DNA of 60,368 bases, counting the filler, from Circinaria calcarea (taxonomy: Eukaryota): assembly GCA_051942165.1 (NCBI GenBank). It is 4 parts of 4 records of this genome, joined end to end, with 100 filler letters (N's around TTAATTAATTAA, not from the genome) between each part and the next. Parts side by side here need not be neighbours in the genome. Positions count along the whole stretch, not along the records: positions 1 to 15,046 come from JAVECS010000391.1; positions 15,147 to 30,177 come from JAVECS010000392.1; 2 more parts are not named here. One strand, 5' to 3'. The position numbers were made by a program, and so were the translations under genes. The notes under the pieces are model-generated. The model had not been told where the DNA came from and ran no database searches. It saw only the letters and a program-made list of their open reading frames with translations. Of the stretch, positions 13,853 to 25,434 are shown one piece after another. Position 1 is the first letter of the stretch; each line of letters starts with the position of its first letter.

Positions 13853-14350
13853 AGAAAAAGCCAGAAGTAACCAAACCCAAGGGAAGTTCGAGTACTTTTC
13901 ATGCTGGACTTTCTCTTGTAATCAAAAGTTTCTACATGTTTCCTTGGCTCAGAATGGGCCTGCTTTGAATAAGAAAGTCATCCACGCCTACATCGAGAGT
14001 TTATATGCAAATTAACTCGTCGTTTCGAGATGGACATCTCTCTTAATAAAATGACAGGTACCTGTTCTCACTGCCTAGAGATGCACTTGCCCAGTTCCTC
14101 AAACACGTATCAAAGTCTTACCCTCGTCTCCACAAGCCTTGCCGATTTCGGCAATCCCCAAATTTCCAATCAATAATCCCCATCGAGGAAGGCACCTGCT
14201 CGCTTCCTCGGTTCAAAGCTTTCATTCACCTAGCATTCACATCTCCGCCTGGAAACCTGCTCCCTGGACTACCACGAATCTCGCCACCGGGACGTCTTCC
14301 TAGTACCAACCGCTCCCTCTTTACAGCACCACAACCTCCACACTCACGCC

Positions 14351-15046
14351 ATGGCTTCTCCTTTTCCCTCCCACCCTCACATCCCTTCACCATCCCGTCG
14401 CAATCCCCTGCCCCATTCTAAATCCTCTCAGCAACATCTCCTTCTCCCGCCTAAACCGCTTCCTCCTCTTCTAACCACACCGCCATCTCTATCAAGCGGT
14501 CCGCTCTCGACGCCTTCATCAACGCCAAGCACAGCAAAACAGTCTGCACAAGGTAGCTCATGCCGGACAAGCATACCGGTATCGATATCACTACCAAACG
14601 ATCTCTCCATTTCCGCCACCACTGATATGGCATCACCTGACATCTCCCCCACTACTTCCTCTCCACCTTCAACGTCATCACTCCTCTGGACAACCAAAAC
14701 CCATGCTCGACCGGTCCTTCAACCCCCACCAACAACACCACCACCGTCAACCCGCCCCACAATCTCATTCCAAAATCCCTTCCTCCCCACCTCCAAACCC
14801 AAACTCCCGCTTCCCTCTCCTACCATCCCAGTCATCAACTCCGTCACACCACGGATACCCGACCCCACAGCTCCGATTCCGATTCCAATTCCGACTCCGA
14901 CTCCGCTCTCCCCCGAGGTCGAGCGTATCCTGCGCCACCTCTCGCCGATGAAGGAGGTGTCGAGGGTGGTGCGGGAGAAGAAGCCACGGCCGAGGAATCG
15001 AGCCGGGGTTCTGGGGGCGCTGAGGGAGGAGGTGGGAGTGCTGGAG
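14351..15046 (+). CDS. Pro/Ser/Thr-rich hypothetical protein, truncated at contig end
   Basis: Open frame of 232 codons from an ATG in good context (CGCCATGG) running into the N gap. Low complexity, with a PIPIPIPTPTP hexamer repeat. Confidence 0.5.
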
Positions 15047-15146
15047 NNNNNNNNNNNNNNNNNNNNNNNNNNNNNNNNNNNNNNNNNNNNTTAATTAATT
15101 AANNNNNNNNNNNNNNNNNNNNNNNNNNNNNNNNNNNNNNNNNNNN
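15047..15146. other. artificial contig-joining linker (N44-TTAATTAATTAA-N44)
   Basis: Exactly 100 nt with a palindromic six-frame-stop core, identical to the other two gaps. Confidence 0.97.
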
Positions 15147-15653
15147 CGCTTCATTGATTCATCAGGACCTACTGCATGGCTATATTAGCCATAAGTATTC
15201 ACGGTTTATCATTACTGGGGCGAAGGTTAAATCAGCCGTTGAGGTAGGATTTCCTAACGTTTGGGAAACAATCTGCAGCAAAGCAGACATTGAAGTACCA
15301 GGATGGGTACAGGATGAGAAGGAGGGTGCGCAAGCCAACAGCATCGGCAAAAGGGCTGCACCCGGTATGGTGGTTAAGCTTACTGGTGCAAGGCCGGCTG
15401 GAGCAGCACCTGGGTGAAGAACCCTAACAATATTATGACAATAAGATTAGAAAGATGCCGCCATCGTTGACTGTTTTTCCAGGCCGATCAATAGGACTGT
15501 TTCTTAGTCGCGAAACATCCAGTAAATCTCTACTCCTTGAGTGTACTGCGACCTGCACGGGAGCGCTAATGCTGAGAGCGGCCTCTCAGGTCATGGAGCT
15601 GAAGCGGCCTTAGGAGATACCCAAGCATACACGTGTCCGGGTAAAAGCTGGCG

Positions 15654-16085
15654 TCAGCAAACAGACAGTCTTTTCACCTTTGGAGTGAATGATTTCTGGC
15701 TCTCTCCACCCGTACCCAAGTTTCCAGTCTGATAATTAACGAAATACTCCATCCCACCTTCTGCGACTTCCTTCGAGATCAATTCACTCCCTTGCTTCAC
15801 TTCCCTCTTCAACTGCTCCGCCTTCACCAGATTCAACCAGCCACTAATCTTGGTTTCATGGTTTAGGTACGTACGGCCGCGCGGCCTTTGGCATCGGTAT
15901 TTTGTTCGTAGGGGAAGGGCGGACCGGACGTGTAGGTGGCTCTCATAGGATCGAGCCAGCTAACCTTTTTCGCTTCGTGGTTGTTCCAGTAGGTGCGATT
16001 GGCTGTAGAGTCTTTCTCCTGGGTGAAGTTTGGGGGAATGAACGGGGTTGTGAATATGGAAGAGGCGGAGGGTGGTGATAGACAT
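15654..16085 (-). pseudogene. frameshifted small tandem WW-domain protein gene
   Basis: Minus-strand frames give IPPNFTQEKDSTANRTYWNNHEAKKVSWLDP, then PPFPYEQNTDAKGR/(frameshift)YLNHETKISGWLN, then KEVAEGGMEYFVNYQTG, i.e. 2-3 WW-like repeats. The ATG at 16085 is out of frame with repeat 1, and there is a frameshift near 15870. Confidence 0.6.
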
Positions 16086-16720
16086 GATTCCCCTTATTTG
16101 ATTTGGCTAGTTTATGCCAGTGAAGTTGATGGGATAAGGGGAGTGAAAGTGTAAAGCTAGAGAGGAACGGTCGAAGCGAAAAGAGATATAGGATGTTCAA
16201 AATAGCGAAGTCATCAATGGCTCAACTGGGATATCAGTTCCCACGTCCTCACCCTTCTAATTTTCAGATTGTAGATAGTAAATATAACCTAAGGTAAATA
16301 ATGCGCGTTGAATTATCCGATGATATTCTTGCTGGAACAGAACAAGAGGCGACGAACTAGATAAAATGGCGTTGAACTCGGGGTTGGTAAGGTACCTTAG
16401 CTGGGATCGGGGGAAGGTATGTCCGGTGGCCGAGCGCGTACGGAAGCGAAAGCATTTGACGTGCGTGTATTTCCTAGTAGACCTTCCTATTTCGAGGATT
16501 GCACAGCCTCGTTGCCATCAACTCCCTTTAGATTTCCAGTTTCCCCTCTGTTTCTTGAGTTCACCATGATGAGTATATCTCTTTGGAGGAATCCTCTTGA
16601 TTATTTCTACGCCATTGTGTATAATTATATAATACGAAAGCAATACTTTGCCAAACCACGCATACTATGTATATAAGCAACAGTCAGTCCATATGCCGAC
16701 AGCAGTGACTACGATTTGCC

Positions 16721-19149
16721 ATGACAGAAGTCCCACTTTCTTCGAATGAGCTGTTGTCTAAGATCTTGGATGTGCTCGGTAATATAGATGATAAACTCAA
16801 GGTGCAGGAGGAGCAGTTCAAATGCCTGGAAGCGCTTGTGAAAGCCAACAGTGGCAATGGAGGCATCAACGAGTCCAACGGCTCGGACAGCACGGTGGAC
16901 GACTCTAGTCAGACTATTGCGTCGAAGCACGAATTTGATGGCATTGATGGGAAGTTACCTTCGAGCCCCGGATCTCCTCGGCTACAAGCAGCGGAAGTAA
17001 ATCCTAAGGCCGCTATCTTATCGGTCAAGAGTGATACAACAAAATACCCTTATACGGAATGGGATCGGGCTGGGCAAGTCGTCTCACTCAAGGGAAACTT
17101 AGTGAGCGTCGAGTTCTACCTAAGTGCCTCTGGACTTTTAAAAAGTATACAAGACTACCTGGGAGATTGGTGGGCTATACCCGATGATCATCGAATACGC
17201 CTGACTTTCTCAAATCATGCCTACCACAAAGCACATGAACCTATGAGATTCCTCAGCCAGCCTCCTAGGGCGTATTACTCCGATAGTAGTCTGAGAGCTG
17301 CTCGCCAATTTGACACTAATCTGAGGGCTCTGCCGGGAAACGATTTCTTAGTCATCGACTTCGACGAGCTGAATAACTCGAGGATATATCGACTTGGACA
17401 GAAGGCTGTTGGCAATCCACTCATGGTAGAGAGTGGCTCAGGTTATGATGCGCCGTGGTCAAGATTGATCGTATACCAGGGCATGACATCCGGCGATAGC
17501 ATCAAGCCTAACAAGCAGTCCATAGGATCGTCACGTCTGATGCCGATACCATACTTTAGAAGTGGTGATGCTACTCCTGGATTGTGGCGCCATCTCTTCT
17601 CCCATTTGCAACTTAAGCGCAGGAATGTCACCGTAAACCCGTACACAGATCCCAGCGTTGGCTTTCATACGACGTTTTACGAGATTATACAAGTCAAAGA
17701 CCAACACAACGAGTTATGGAAGCACGGTCCTCTGTACAACGATCCCGCCGGCCGGTCTTTCCGCAAATGTGCTTATACAGTGAGTTTCTTATCCGACTGA
17801 ACCCTAAAGCCGATACTGACGGCGGTTGATAGCTTTACTCCCCTCCTCCAAAGTCGGAATCTCTTTCTCTAGCGGCAGATACCGGTTATTTGTCCAGACA
17901 TTGGACTATACTTCTTATGACGCCAGGCTACTTTTTTGATCAAACCAACAAATCGTTTCCAATGAAAGACTTATCTGCTGACACAAAGCAAACTGTTGGC
18001 CTATCGTTAAGTCAACTCACTAGGTTAGGGGCGGAGATGCATCTGATCAGCCAGGGCCTACAGAGGATCAATGACCGGTGGGCCGACTTCCAGGCATTTT
18101 TCGAATATATTCTTGACAGTGGAGACTCACTAATGCAGCCTACACAACATGATAATCTTCTGTTTGACGATGGGTCGTTCTCCCGGTCCAGACGGTACTT
18201 TTGGGCGATTGACTGCTTGGCCGAATTCGATCTCAGTATAACTGACAATATTACCCAGTGGGAGCTATACAGGGCTTCCCGTTTCTCAAGGGTTGAGCCT
18301 TCTCTTCCGGAACTTGACTACCTTCAGTACAAAAACGCAGAAGAGCAGTATAATATCTTGAAGAACCAGCGCGAGTACTTTAGACAGAAGCTTGCGTCTA
18401 CCAAAGCACTTCGGGACGCTGTGAGCTCTACTAGTCGGTCGATATAATGACGTGCTGACCTAATTTCTGCAGCTCTTCAATGCAAGTGCAGTAATTGAAA
18501 GTCGGGCTTCCACTCGGCTCGGCGAAAACGTCAAACTCCTTACTTTCGTCAGCATCTTCTTTCTTCCTTTATCGTTCTGCACGGTATGCCCAGATTTCAT
18601 ACTCATCTCATGCTATCGCCACTTCCCGCTACTTTGCCGTACTTCGCAGGAATATGACCCTCCTACCATATCCTTCATCGAACCCATCTTACGACCTTCA
18701 TAAGCAACAACACTAACAAACCCCGACAGTCCCTTTGGAGCGTCAACTCCCTCTTCTCAACCACCGCCCTCATCTACACCATCACTACCGTCGGCACCGC
18801 CACCTACCTTATCGTCCTCAACATCAATACCCTCGTCCAATCATTTAGCCGTCTTTACCAAGCTCGCAAATCAAACCTTGTTAACGCAATGAAGACGGAC
18901 CCCGAGGAGCTGTGGAAACTGCGTGGTCAACGCTTTGAGATTTTTCGCCCCAGGCATGAGAATCCACAGCCATCGGAGTGGTATATGTTACTATATGCGA
19001 TGCTGCATCCTTGGGTGTTGCTGGGGTTTAAGACGGGAGGAGAGAGGAACGGGGGAGGAGGGAAGAGGCACCTGACTTGGAGGATATGGCCGTTTGGAAA
19101 AGCGACGAAGGAACCGGAAGAGCGAGATGAGGCTTGGGTAATTGAATAA
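16721..19149 (+). CDS. fungal CorA-like membrane protein; exons 16721-17779, 17833-18420, 18473-18583, 18730-19149
   Basis: LLFDDGSFSRSRRYFWAI and LRDA/LFNASAVIESRASTRLGENVKLLTFVSIFFLPLSFCT/SLWSVN followed by a second TM helix. GT-AG introns with CTRAC branch sites keep the frame. Confidence 0.85.
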
Positions 19150-19580
19150 TCTTTTCACGACCACGGCGGGGGTCATGTAAATATCTACTGTATCTCATCA
19201 GCAAAGTAATCTTCCATGGGCCCGATTGGATTAACTCTTGATTTTGACTTTCGGACCTAACACCATCTGCCAATCCCCCTACCTATCCTTCTTCCACCAC
19301 GCCTTTGGCTACTAAAATCCATCGCGCCAGAACTAGACTAGCGATTTCAAGTCCGCGAGACTCAAACCCAGTTGGCAACTAAAGGTCCGAGGATAGGAGT
19401 GGGAAGGGAAAGTAAGTAGGTAGCTTAGCTAGCTAGGCAGACATGCGCAGCATGACTATCTATCTAATCCACGGTCAACGTGAACAAAACAGTTTCTCCA
19501 CCGCTTAATCTGCTCTGTCAGATGCCATCCACAATACCATGGGGTTAAACATCCTTGACGCTACTCTTGCGTTATGCTAT

Positions 19581-21201
19581 CTACAGAGGGTTTGACTTTG
19601 CCCTTCGCCTAGGCCTAAGCCTAGGCCTAGGCTTGGATAACTCTCCCCACTCGGCTTTCTTCTCCAGTGGTAGCGAGGCCGCTCTAACTTGTCTGGGAGC
19701 CTCGTTGTGCTCCATCTTCACCCTCTTCTTCGGCAATGTTTTCGACGGCTCTACAGATTCAGCTCGATGTTTTAAGTCTTCTTTGACCTTGATGATGATC
19801 GTCTTTGGCTAGGTAGAGTTAGCAGAAGGACGCTTAGTACGAATGGTATCTAGATGCCTTTGGTTTCAACTGGTCGCCCCACGCCATGACCGCTCCCCAT
19901 AAATCTTTAATAGTCGACTGACTTAGAAAAGTGGCGGCGGGCTGCATCTGTATCACTTCCCTAGTGAAAGCGGCAAAACTGTCCTCAGTCAAGGCTTTTG
20001 GACTTTGGAGGGCCAATGGGTAGGGTATGCCTGCTCTCGAAATTGCTACGAAGACTTTCATCAGAGGTGGAGGCTGGATATCGTCAATCGAGTGCGACGT
20101 GTATGATTGGATTGCCTGCCAATACTGATCGCTTTCCTGGTTGATAGTCTAGTAGGCGGATTAATGGCCTATCATGAGGGTACCCAGAGCTCCACATGGA
20201 CCTACCTGCTTCAGACATTTATCAAGGATCTTTGCTCGAACTTCTTGAGTGCTATCGACCATCAGTTTTATCTTCGTCTCCACGATTGCTCTGTAAGCAT
20301 CTCCTATCTGAGCTCGTGACGGTATCTTCGGATGGTTCAAAACAAGAGCAGAAAGGCGGAAAAGCTTGAAATTAGATAGGTCGACGGATTTTCTTGCAAT
20401 GGAAGCTTCGAAACTTTGTGGTATCATTATGACGTGACACTGGAGTTTCGCTTCTTTCAGAATGTCCTTTGACGGGATGCAAGACGCTGGGAGTGTATCT
20501 GGTTTCCCCTGCTGGACGAATGTGTTGCGCAATTTCTTGGATTTCTTGAACCACTTCCTAGCTTCAGGTTCTGACCACGCACACTCTATTGCAGCCTTTT
20601 TATCGTATTCGTGCGCTTCTGAGTAATCTATCCTGATCATGTGCTCCCAGACTAGGAAGACTTCTTGATCTGTAAGTGGTAATTGCCGATTGCACGACCG
20701 TAGCTCTGAGCGCCACCACGAGAAGTCGAGAAATTCAAAGCGTGTCCCCATATAGAAGTATGGCAGATGTACGATCTTCTTCGTGTCAAATATAAAAACA
20801 TGGTTCGATACGCGCTTTATGGGACGCTTCGAGGGCTCGTAGAAGCTTAGTTCGAAGCTGGGTACATTCTGGAGGGGATAGAGCATTCTAAAGAGATGCA
20901 GATTCGCCCAGAAACGTCGCATCCTTGGACCGTAGAGCTATTTGTAACGAATCAGTGCCTCAAGCACTACGTCAGAAACCATCTCTTGGCCTACCTGATT
21001 CAGCCATAGCTCTTGGTTTGCTCGATAAGTCTCATCAAAATTCAGGACTTTGTCAAGCTCCCTTTCACATTGCTCTCTGGTGAGTCTTAGTGGCTCGTTG
21101 CACCTTACCATATCATTCATGAACTTGTACATAGAAAAGGTGCGCTGGGGAGGTGAACGTAAAGGGGGTACCGTCAGCTGTGTACTTGAAGACGATGCCA
21201 T
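19581..21201 (-). pseudogene. orphan gene of about 520 codons interrupted by three in-frame stops
   Basis: ORFs 20938-21219, 20161-20922 and 19834-20061 share one frame and are separated only by TAG (20938-40), TAA (20161-63) and TAG (20149-51). A probable final exon follows a GCTAAC...TAG acceptor at about 19810. Confidence 0.65.
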
Positions 21202-21540
21202 GTTGTGGATCTGATTCATGCATGAAAGGGCGGAATAAACAATCAGATATACCTAACGTGTTGCTCCAGACAAGCACTGACGAGTTTACAAATCGAAAAC
21301 CGCTTTGGTGGAAGCGATGGACTCTAAGCTTGTGTTGTGTATCAAAGAATACGCGAAACTTTGACGAGTCCAACTAGTGAAGGGTCCACAATTAGAAACG
21401 AGAATTCGATCTTTAGAGAATATGGGAACCAGCCAAGCCTTGCAGATATTTGATTTCTGAAATTCACCAAAGTAAGGAGTGATCGTAGAGACCCTTACCA
21501 TCGCGGGATCTGTGAGAAATGCCAAAAAGAAAAGGCCCTC

Positions 21541-21574
21541 CAAAAAAAAAAACAAAAAAAAAAAAACAAAAAAG
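21541..21574. repeat. interrupted poly(A) tract
   Basis: A run of about 30 A interrupted by single C residues. Confidence 0.85.
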
Positions 21575-24171
21575 AACGATCCGAGAATCGAACACGGGCT
21601 GGGAATCGTCCAAATGGTAGTTCCCACTTTGATTACAGCCGAGGTCATCTATTGAAGACACCCTCATTGGGGCTGTACCACCGAAAATCGGACTCACGCT
21701 TCCATTGCCAACGCACTATATATCCAATTTTCATGCAAAGTTATTTCGTTAAATAAGATATAAACATCAAAAGCGCCATTTTAGAACATCAACGCAACGT
21801 AATCACATGCTTATGTTTGTCGACTACACAGCTCTGATAATTAAATTACAAGGCGAATCACACGTCTTGCGAAGGATGCACCATCCACATAACCTATTCA
21901 AAGTTGAAACAAAGAACAGAAGTTCTTCTCAGCATTGAATAAGTGAATACAACTAAGCTAGATACTTGCACTTGCTTAAGAGAGCGAACATAAGAGAGGA
22001 TCCATCGCTGCGCATAGAGCACCATGAGGTTTACTCTACCTGAAGCGCAGTCTACCTAGTCTTATAATGGAAGTCAACTACTAGGAGATATCTTACTTAC
22101 AATACGGCACCAGAGTCCACACATGGCTAGATGATCATATCAAATGCTGCAGTTGAAGAGATGTCGTTGATAATCTCTTCCATAGTCGCGAGCCTACCGC
22201 GTACGGTGGACCAAATGGACATTTTGGAACCTTGTCTACGCGTCTATTTCACCAATCAGGACCGACACAGAATAGTTCGATTGGAATGACCTTGGCACGC
22301 AGACAGCTACTATCCGATTAACCAATACTCCCAGGGCAACTTCAATAAGCTCCATCTCTCTACTTAGCCTATAGAGCCAAGCATACAATGGCATCCGAGG
22401 CCCCCTCCCCAATACAGAAGCCGACCGGCCACAGGAAAGCTCGACTTGTCGTACTAGAATTACCAACTTCCCCGTTGGGAACCCTTGAATCCAATGCTCC
22501 AGTATCGAGAAATCCCCGCGGAACTACAATGAGTGCAAGAAGTGGCAGTATTGTTGATGTGTCCAAGATCGATCCTCCAGCCAGAGCTACCAGCACAGCG
22601 CTGAAGAGAGCTCTATCCACAATTCTAGTTGAACCAACTCGCCCACGGCTTTCCTCCTCATAAAACCCTCCCCGCAGCCTGAATGGCAACTCAGCTGTCC
22701 AAGTAAAGGTCGTACGGGGATAGTGAGGGTCTTGTTGAGCTCACATACGATGTTGGCGAATAGAATCTACAATCTCGGGTCTTTCTGATATCCCATGATG
22801 ATCCTGGGTATGTGGAGACCCTTGGAATGTGCGATTCCGGATAGTAGGCTGATGAAGACGATCGCCATTCAGCGTAGAGCTATGCAATCTCCTCCCGAGG
22901 CCGATTACAGATCCGTCTCCTCTTCTTTCTGAACCTAGCTGCCGGTCGCGACCAGCTGGACCCCATGCTGTGCTCTGGCCGGATGAAAAATCCGTGGGCG
23001 AGTGGAGGAATCGCGAGAAGAGGGAGACTCGTCAGAAGATCCAATAACATGCGTATCGCCTCTTTGCCTAGTGTTCAAACAAGAAGGTTGAGTGCGACGC
23101 TGCTGAAATTCAAAGTCGCGGTTTCCTCGCGTAATCCGTGAGGCATTGATCGAGCGTCTCGCCGCCTATTTAAAGGGAAGGATGGAGAATGGTTTTGCAA
23201 AGGCGACGAACAATTACCAAAGTGGGACCTTCCCGAGCCCCGGCGAGCTTCTAAAGGATTGGTTCGGCCCTCTTCCTCACTCGTTGTATCATAGCTCGAA
23301 GATGGACTGGAACCATCTGCCGTCGACTGTTCCTAGACTAGTACTTCATGCCAATCTCCCTTCTGCTCCCAGCCAAATCTTTTCTTATGTCAACTGTGCG
23401 TCTCCTTTCCCTTTCTTTTGCTAGCTCTGTTTGATTCATCAGGTTTGTTAGTTTGCTGTCCATCCCCTTGTTTCTCTTTTTCACCGTGTCGCAGACATTC
23501 TTTGCACCTGCGCCTGCATTTATATGAGTCGATAATGTCTAGTATATCTGACCCCAGACTTGGAGGCTATCCTTGAGTAGGACGACAAAGACAAGCTTCG
23601 TTCCCGCAACCGCAAGTGTATACGTCAGCCATCTGCTTGAAACCCAAGCCAGTTTTAAATTTTCCCATGGTGACATCGATGTAATGTACATGCCCCAGCT
23701 ATTATATCCATCACAAATTTCCATGTTTGTTTACCTAAGGCTGCCAGCAACATGTCCATCGCTATAATCATCCGGTTCATTGATTGCATCAAACAACGGC
23801 AAGCCGAAAAACAGCTTGATAAACCAGCTCAACATGAATCAAGGTAAGGTAAAATCTAGAATTCTGTCAACTTCTAAGTCTATCTAACCTGCAAAGTATC
23901 GTACGTTCATGACTGGTCATACCGGATTGTCATTGCAACATGATGTTCGTGAATGTTCACCATCACAGTATTTTGCTGCTGGGCTTTCGCGAATCGTGGA
24001 AGATACGTCCTGTTATGTTTGGCTATGTTAACATATTGAGATGTTATTTCCGTCACTATTGCTCTTGGCTTCATATGCAATCTCTGATAACTTTGGGGAT
24101 GCGTCGTGACAATGATGTTGATTGCATAAAATGCTCTCTAGATCCTATGGCATGCATGATAAACATGTCCT

Positions 24172-25434
24172 CTAATATCTAGTATAGACCTGCGTTGCCA
24201 TAACCACCATGATCACCATAACTGCGACCAATATCTCCACCGTCCAACCTCGAGCTAGCGCTCCTAGTAGTAGGACAGGGGAGATACGGTATGCTAATCT
24301 TCTTAGCCTTTCTGTTGCGTCAGAATTGTTGAAAGAGTTCTGTTGTGATACGTCCTTGCAAGGACTGCTATAGAGGTCTTCCCAATTGTGAAGACACATG
24401 GGATTCTTGTAGTAACGGCGTGGCACAGGATGATTATCATAATCACCGCAATACGTGTGAGGGGTATATCGGCTGTGACAATGTATGGGCCATCCACAAC
24501 CACGACGGTACATGGGAGAATCCAAATGGTGATCACGATTGGACGGAGACAGGCAGCCGCCACGGAGAGCTGGTTTGGAGAATTCTTTGTCGGTGTCATC
24601 TGCAACAGATGGTTTCTGGTAGCTTGGTCGTTGGTCGGCGAGGCTCGTAGATTCTACTGGACGGCAACCTTGAGTAGTGCGGTGGTCTTCAAAGTCTGTC
24701 TCAGTAAAAGTGGAAATGGGCAGTGCGGAATTTACTATACCACCGTGTTGACTGTTTCTCTCGTCTCCACCCAAGCGAACGGCATCTCGCTGCGATGAGT
24801 TCTCCCCCACGTATCGATAGGTGCGAGGACGTTTTGTGCGGTTTGCATTCTCTTCATCATCGGAATACTCTTTTTCGGCTCTTTCCTTCCTTCTATCATT
24901 GCTCTGTCCGTCGGCATCATTCCCGTCATCTGCCGCTCGTTCGTGCTCCTGTGCTGCCACAGTGCTCTTCTCAAGCGGATCTGGATTTATATGGGGTTGT
25001 TCCTCTGTAGCTGGCATCTTCTCGGGTTGAGATACACCGCCCTTTTGAATATCTCCATGACTAGATCTCCTACCCTGAGGTCCTCTCTGCCTAGAGGGAG
25101 CAGGCTCACCTATCTCTTCCGTTTCCGGTCCCTGTTGCAGAGTTAAATCCGGCCCGCGTGAAGCCGTCACATCATCAGCTATCCTCTGCTCCCGAACTCC
25201 TTGATTTGGTCTTTGTGTGGCTCGAGTTCCTTGATTCGGTACAAGGTTTCTATTGCCTGTCTCATGGGCTGTTCTAGGAGCGCCACCCCGGCGTGCTGGC
25301 TGGTTGTGGACGTTGAGGGGTTGTATGAGGTCTGAAACTATTGCGATTGATGCCGTTGTGGCGGTGAGGCCTTGAGCGCAGGGGATGAATTTGCAGCCGC
25401 AGTAGGCTTGGGCGTAGGGGAGTGTGCAGGCCAT
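24172..25434 (-). CDS. hypothetical protein (420 aa): disordered middle, Cys/His-rich patch, C-terminal hydrophobic helices
   Basis: Long uninterrupted ORF, upstream ATATAAAA near 25610 on the minus strand, C-terminus ISPVLLLGALARGWTVEILVAVMVIMVVMATQVY. Confidence 0.65.
   Translation of the reverse strand: MACTLPYAQAYCGCKFIPCAQGLTATTASIAIVSDLIQPLNVHNQPARRGGAPRTAHETGNRNLVPNQGTRATQRPNQGVREQRIADDVTASRGPDLTLQQGPETEEIGEPAPSRQRGPQGRRSSHGDIQKGGVSQPEKMPATEEQPHINPDPLEKSTVAAQEHERAADDGNDADGQSNDRRKERAEKEYSDDEENANRTKRPRTYRYVGENSSQRDAVRLGGDERNSQHGGIVNSALPISTFTETDFEDHRTTQGCRPVESTSLADQRPSYQKPSVADDTDKEFSKPALRGGCLSPSNRDHHLDSPMYRRGCGWPIHCHSRYTPHTYCGDYDNHPVPRRYYKNPMCLHNWEDLYSSPCKDVSQQNSFNNSDATERLRRLAYRISPVLLLGALARGWTVEILVAVMVIMVVMATQVYTRY

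Noticed and set aside
15091..15102. TTAATTAATTAA palindrome recurring every about 15.1 kb as a biological repeat or recombination site
   Set aside because: It is always centred in exactly 44+44 N and encodes stops in all six frames, so it is a synthetic spacer.
15147..15417. Open frame at the start of contig 2 as the 3' end of a gene
   Set aside because: Only about 90 codons with no identifiable motif; possible but unsupported.
19834..21201. Alternative genetic code (TAA/TAG read as Gln) explaining the in-frame stops
   Set aside because: Neighbouring intact genes on the same contig end with TAA or TAG. C-to-T mutation is the simpler explanation.
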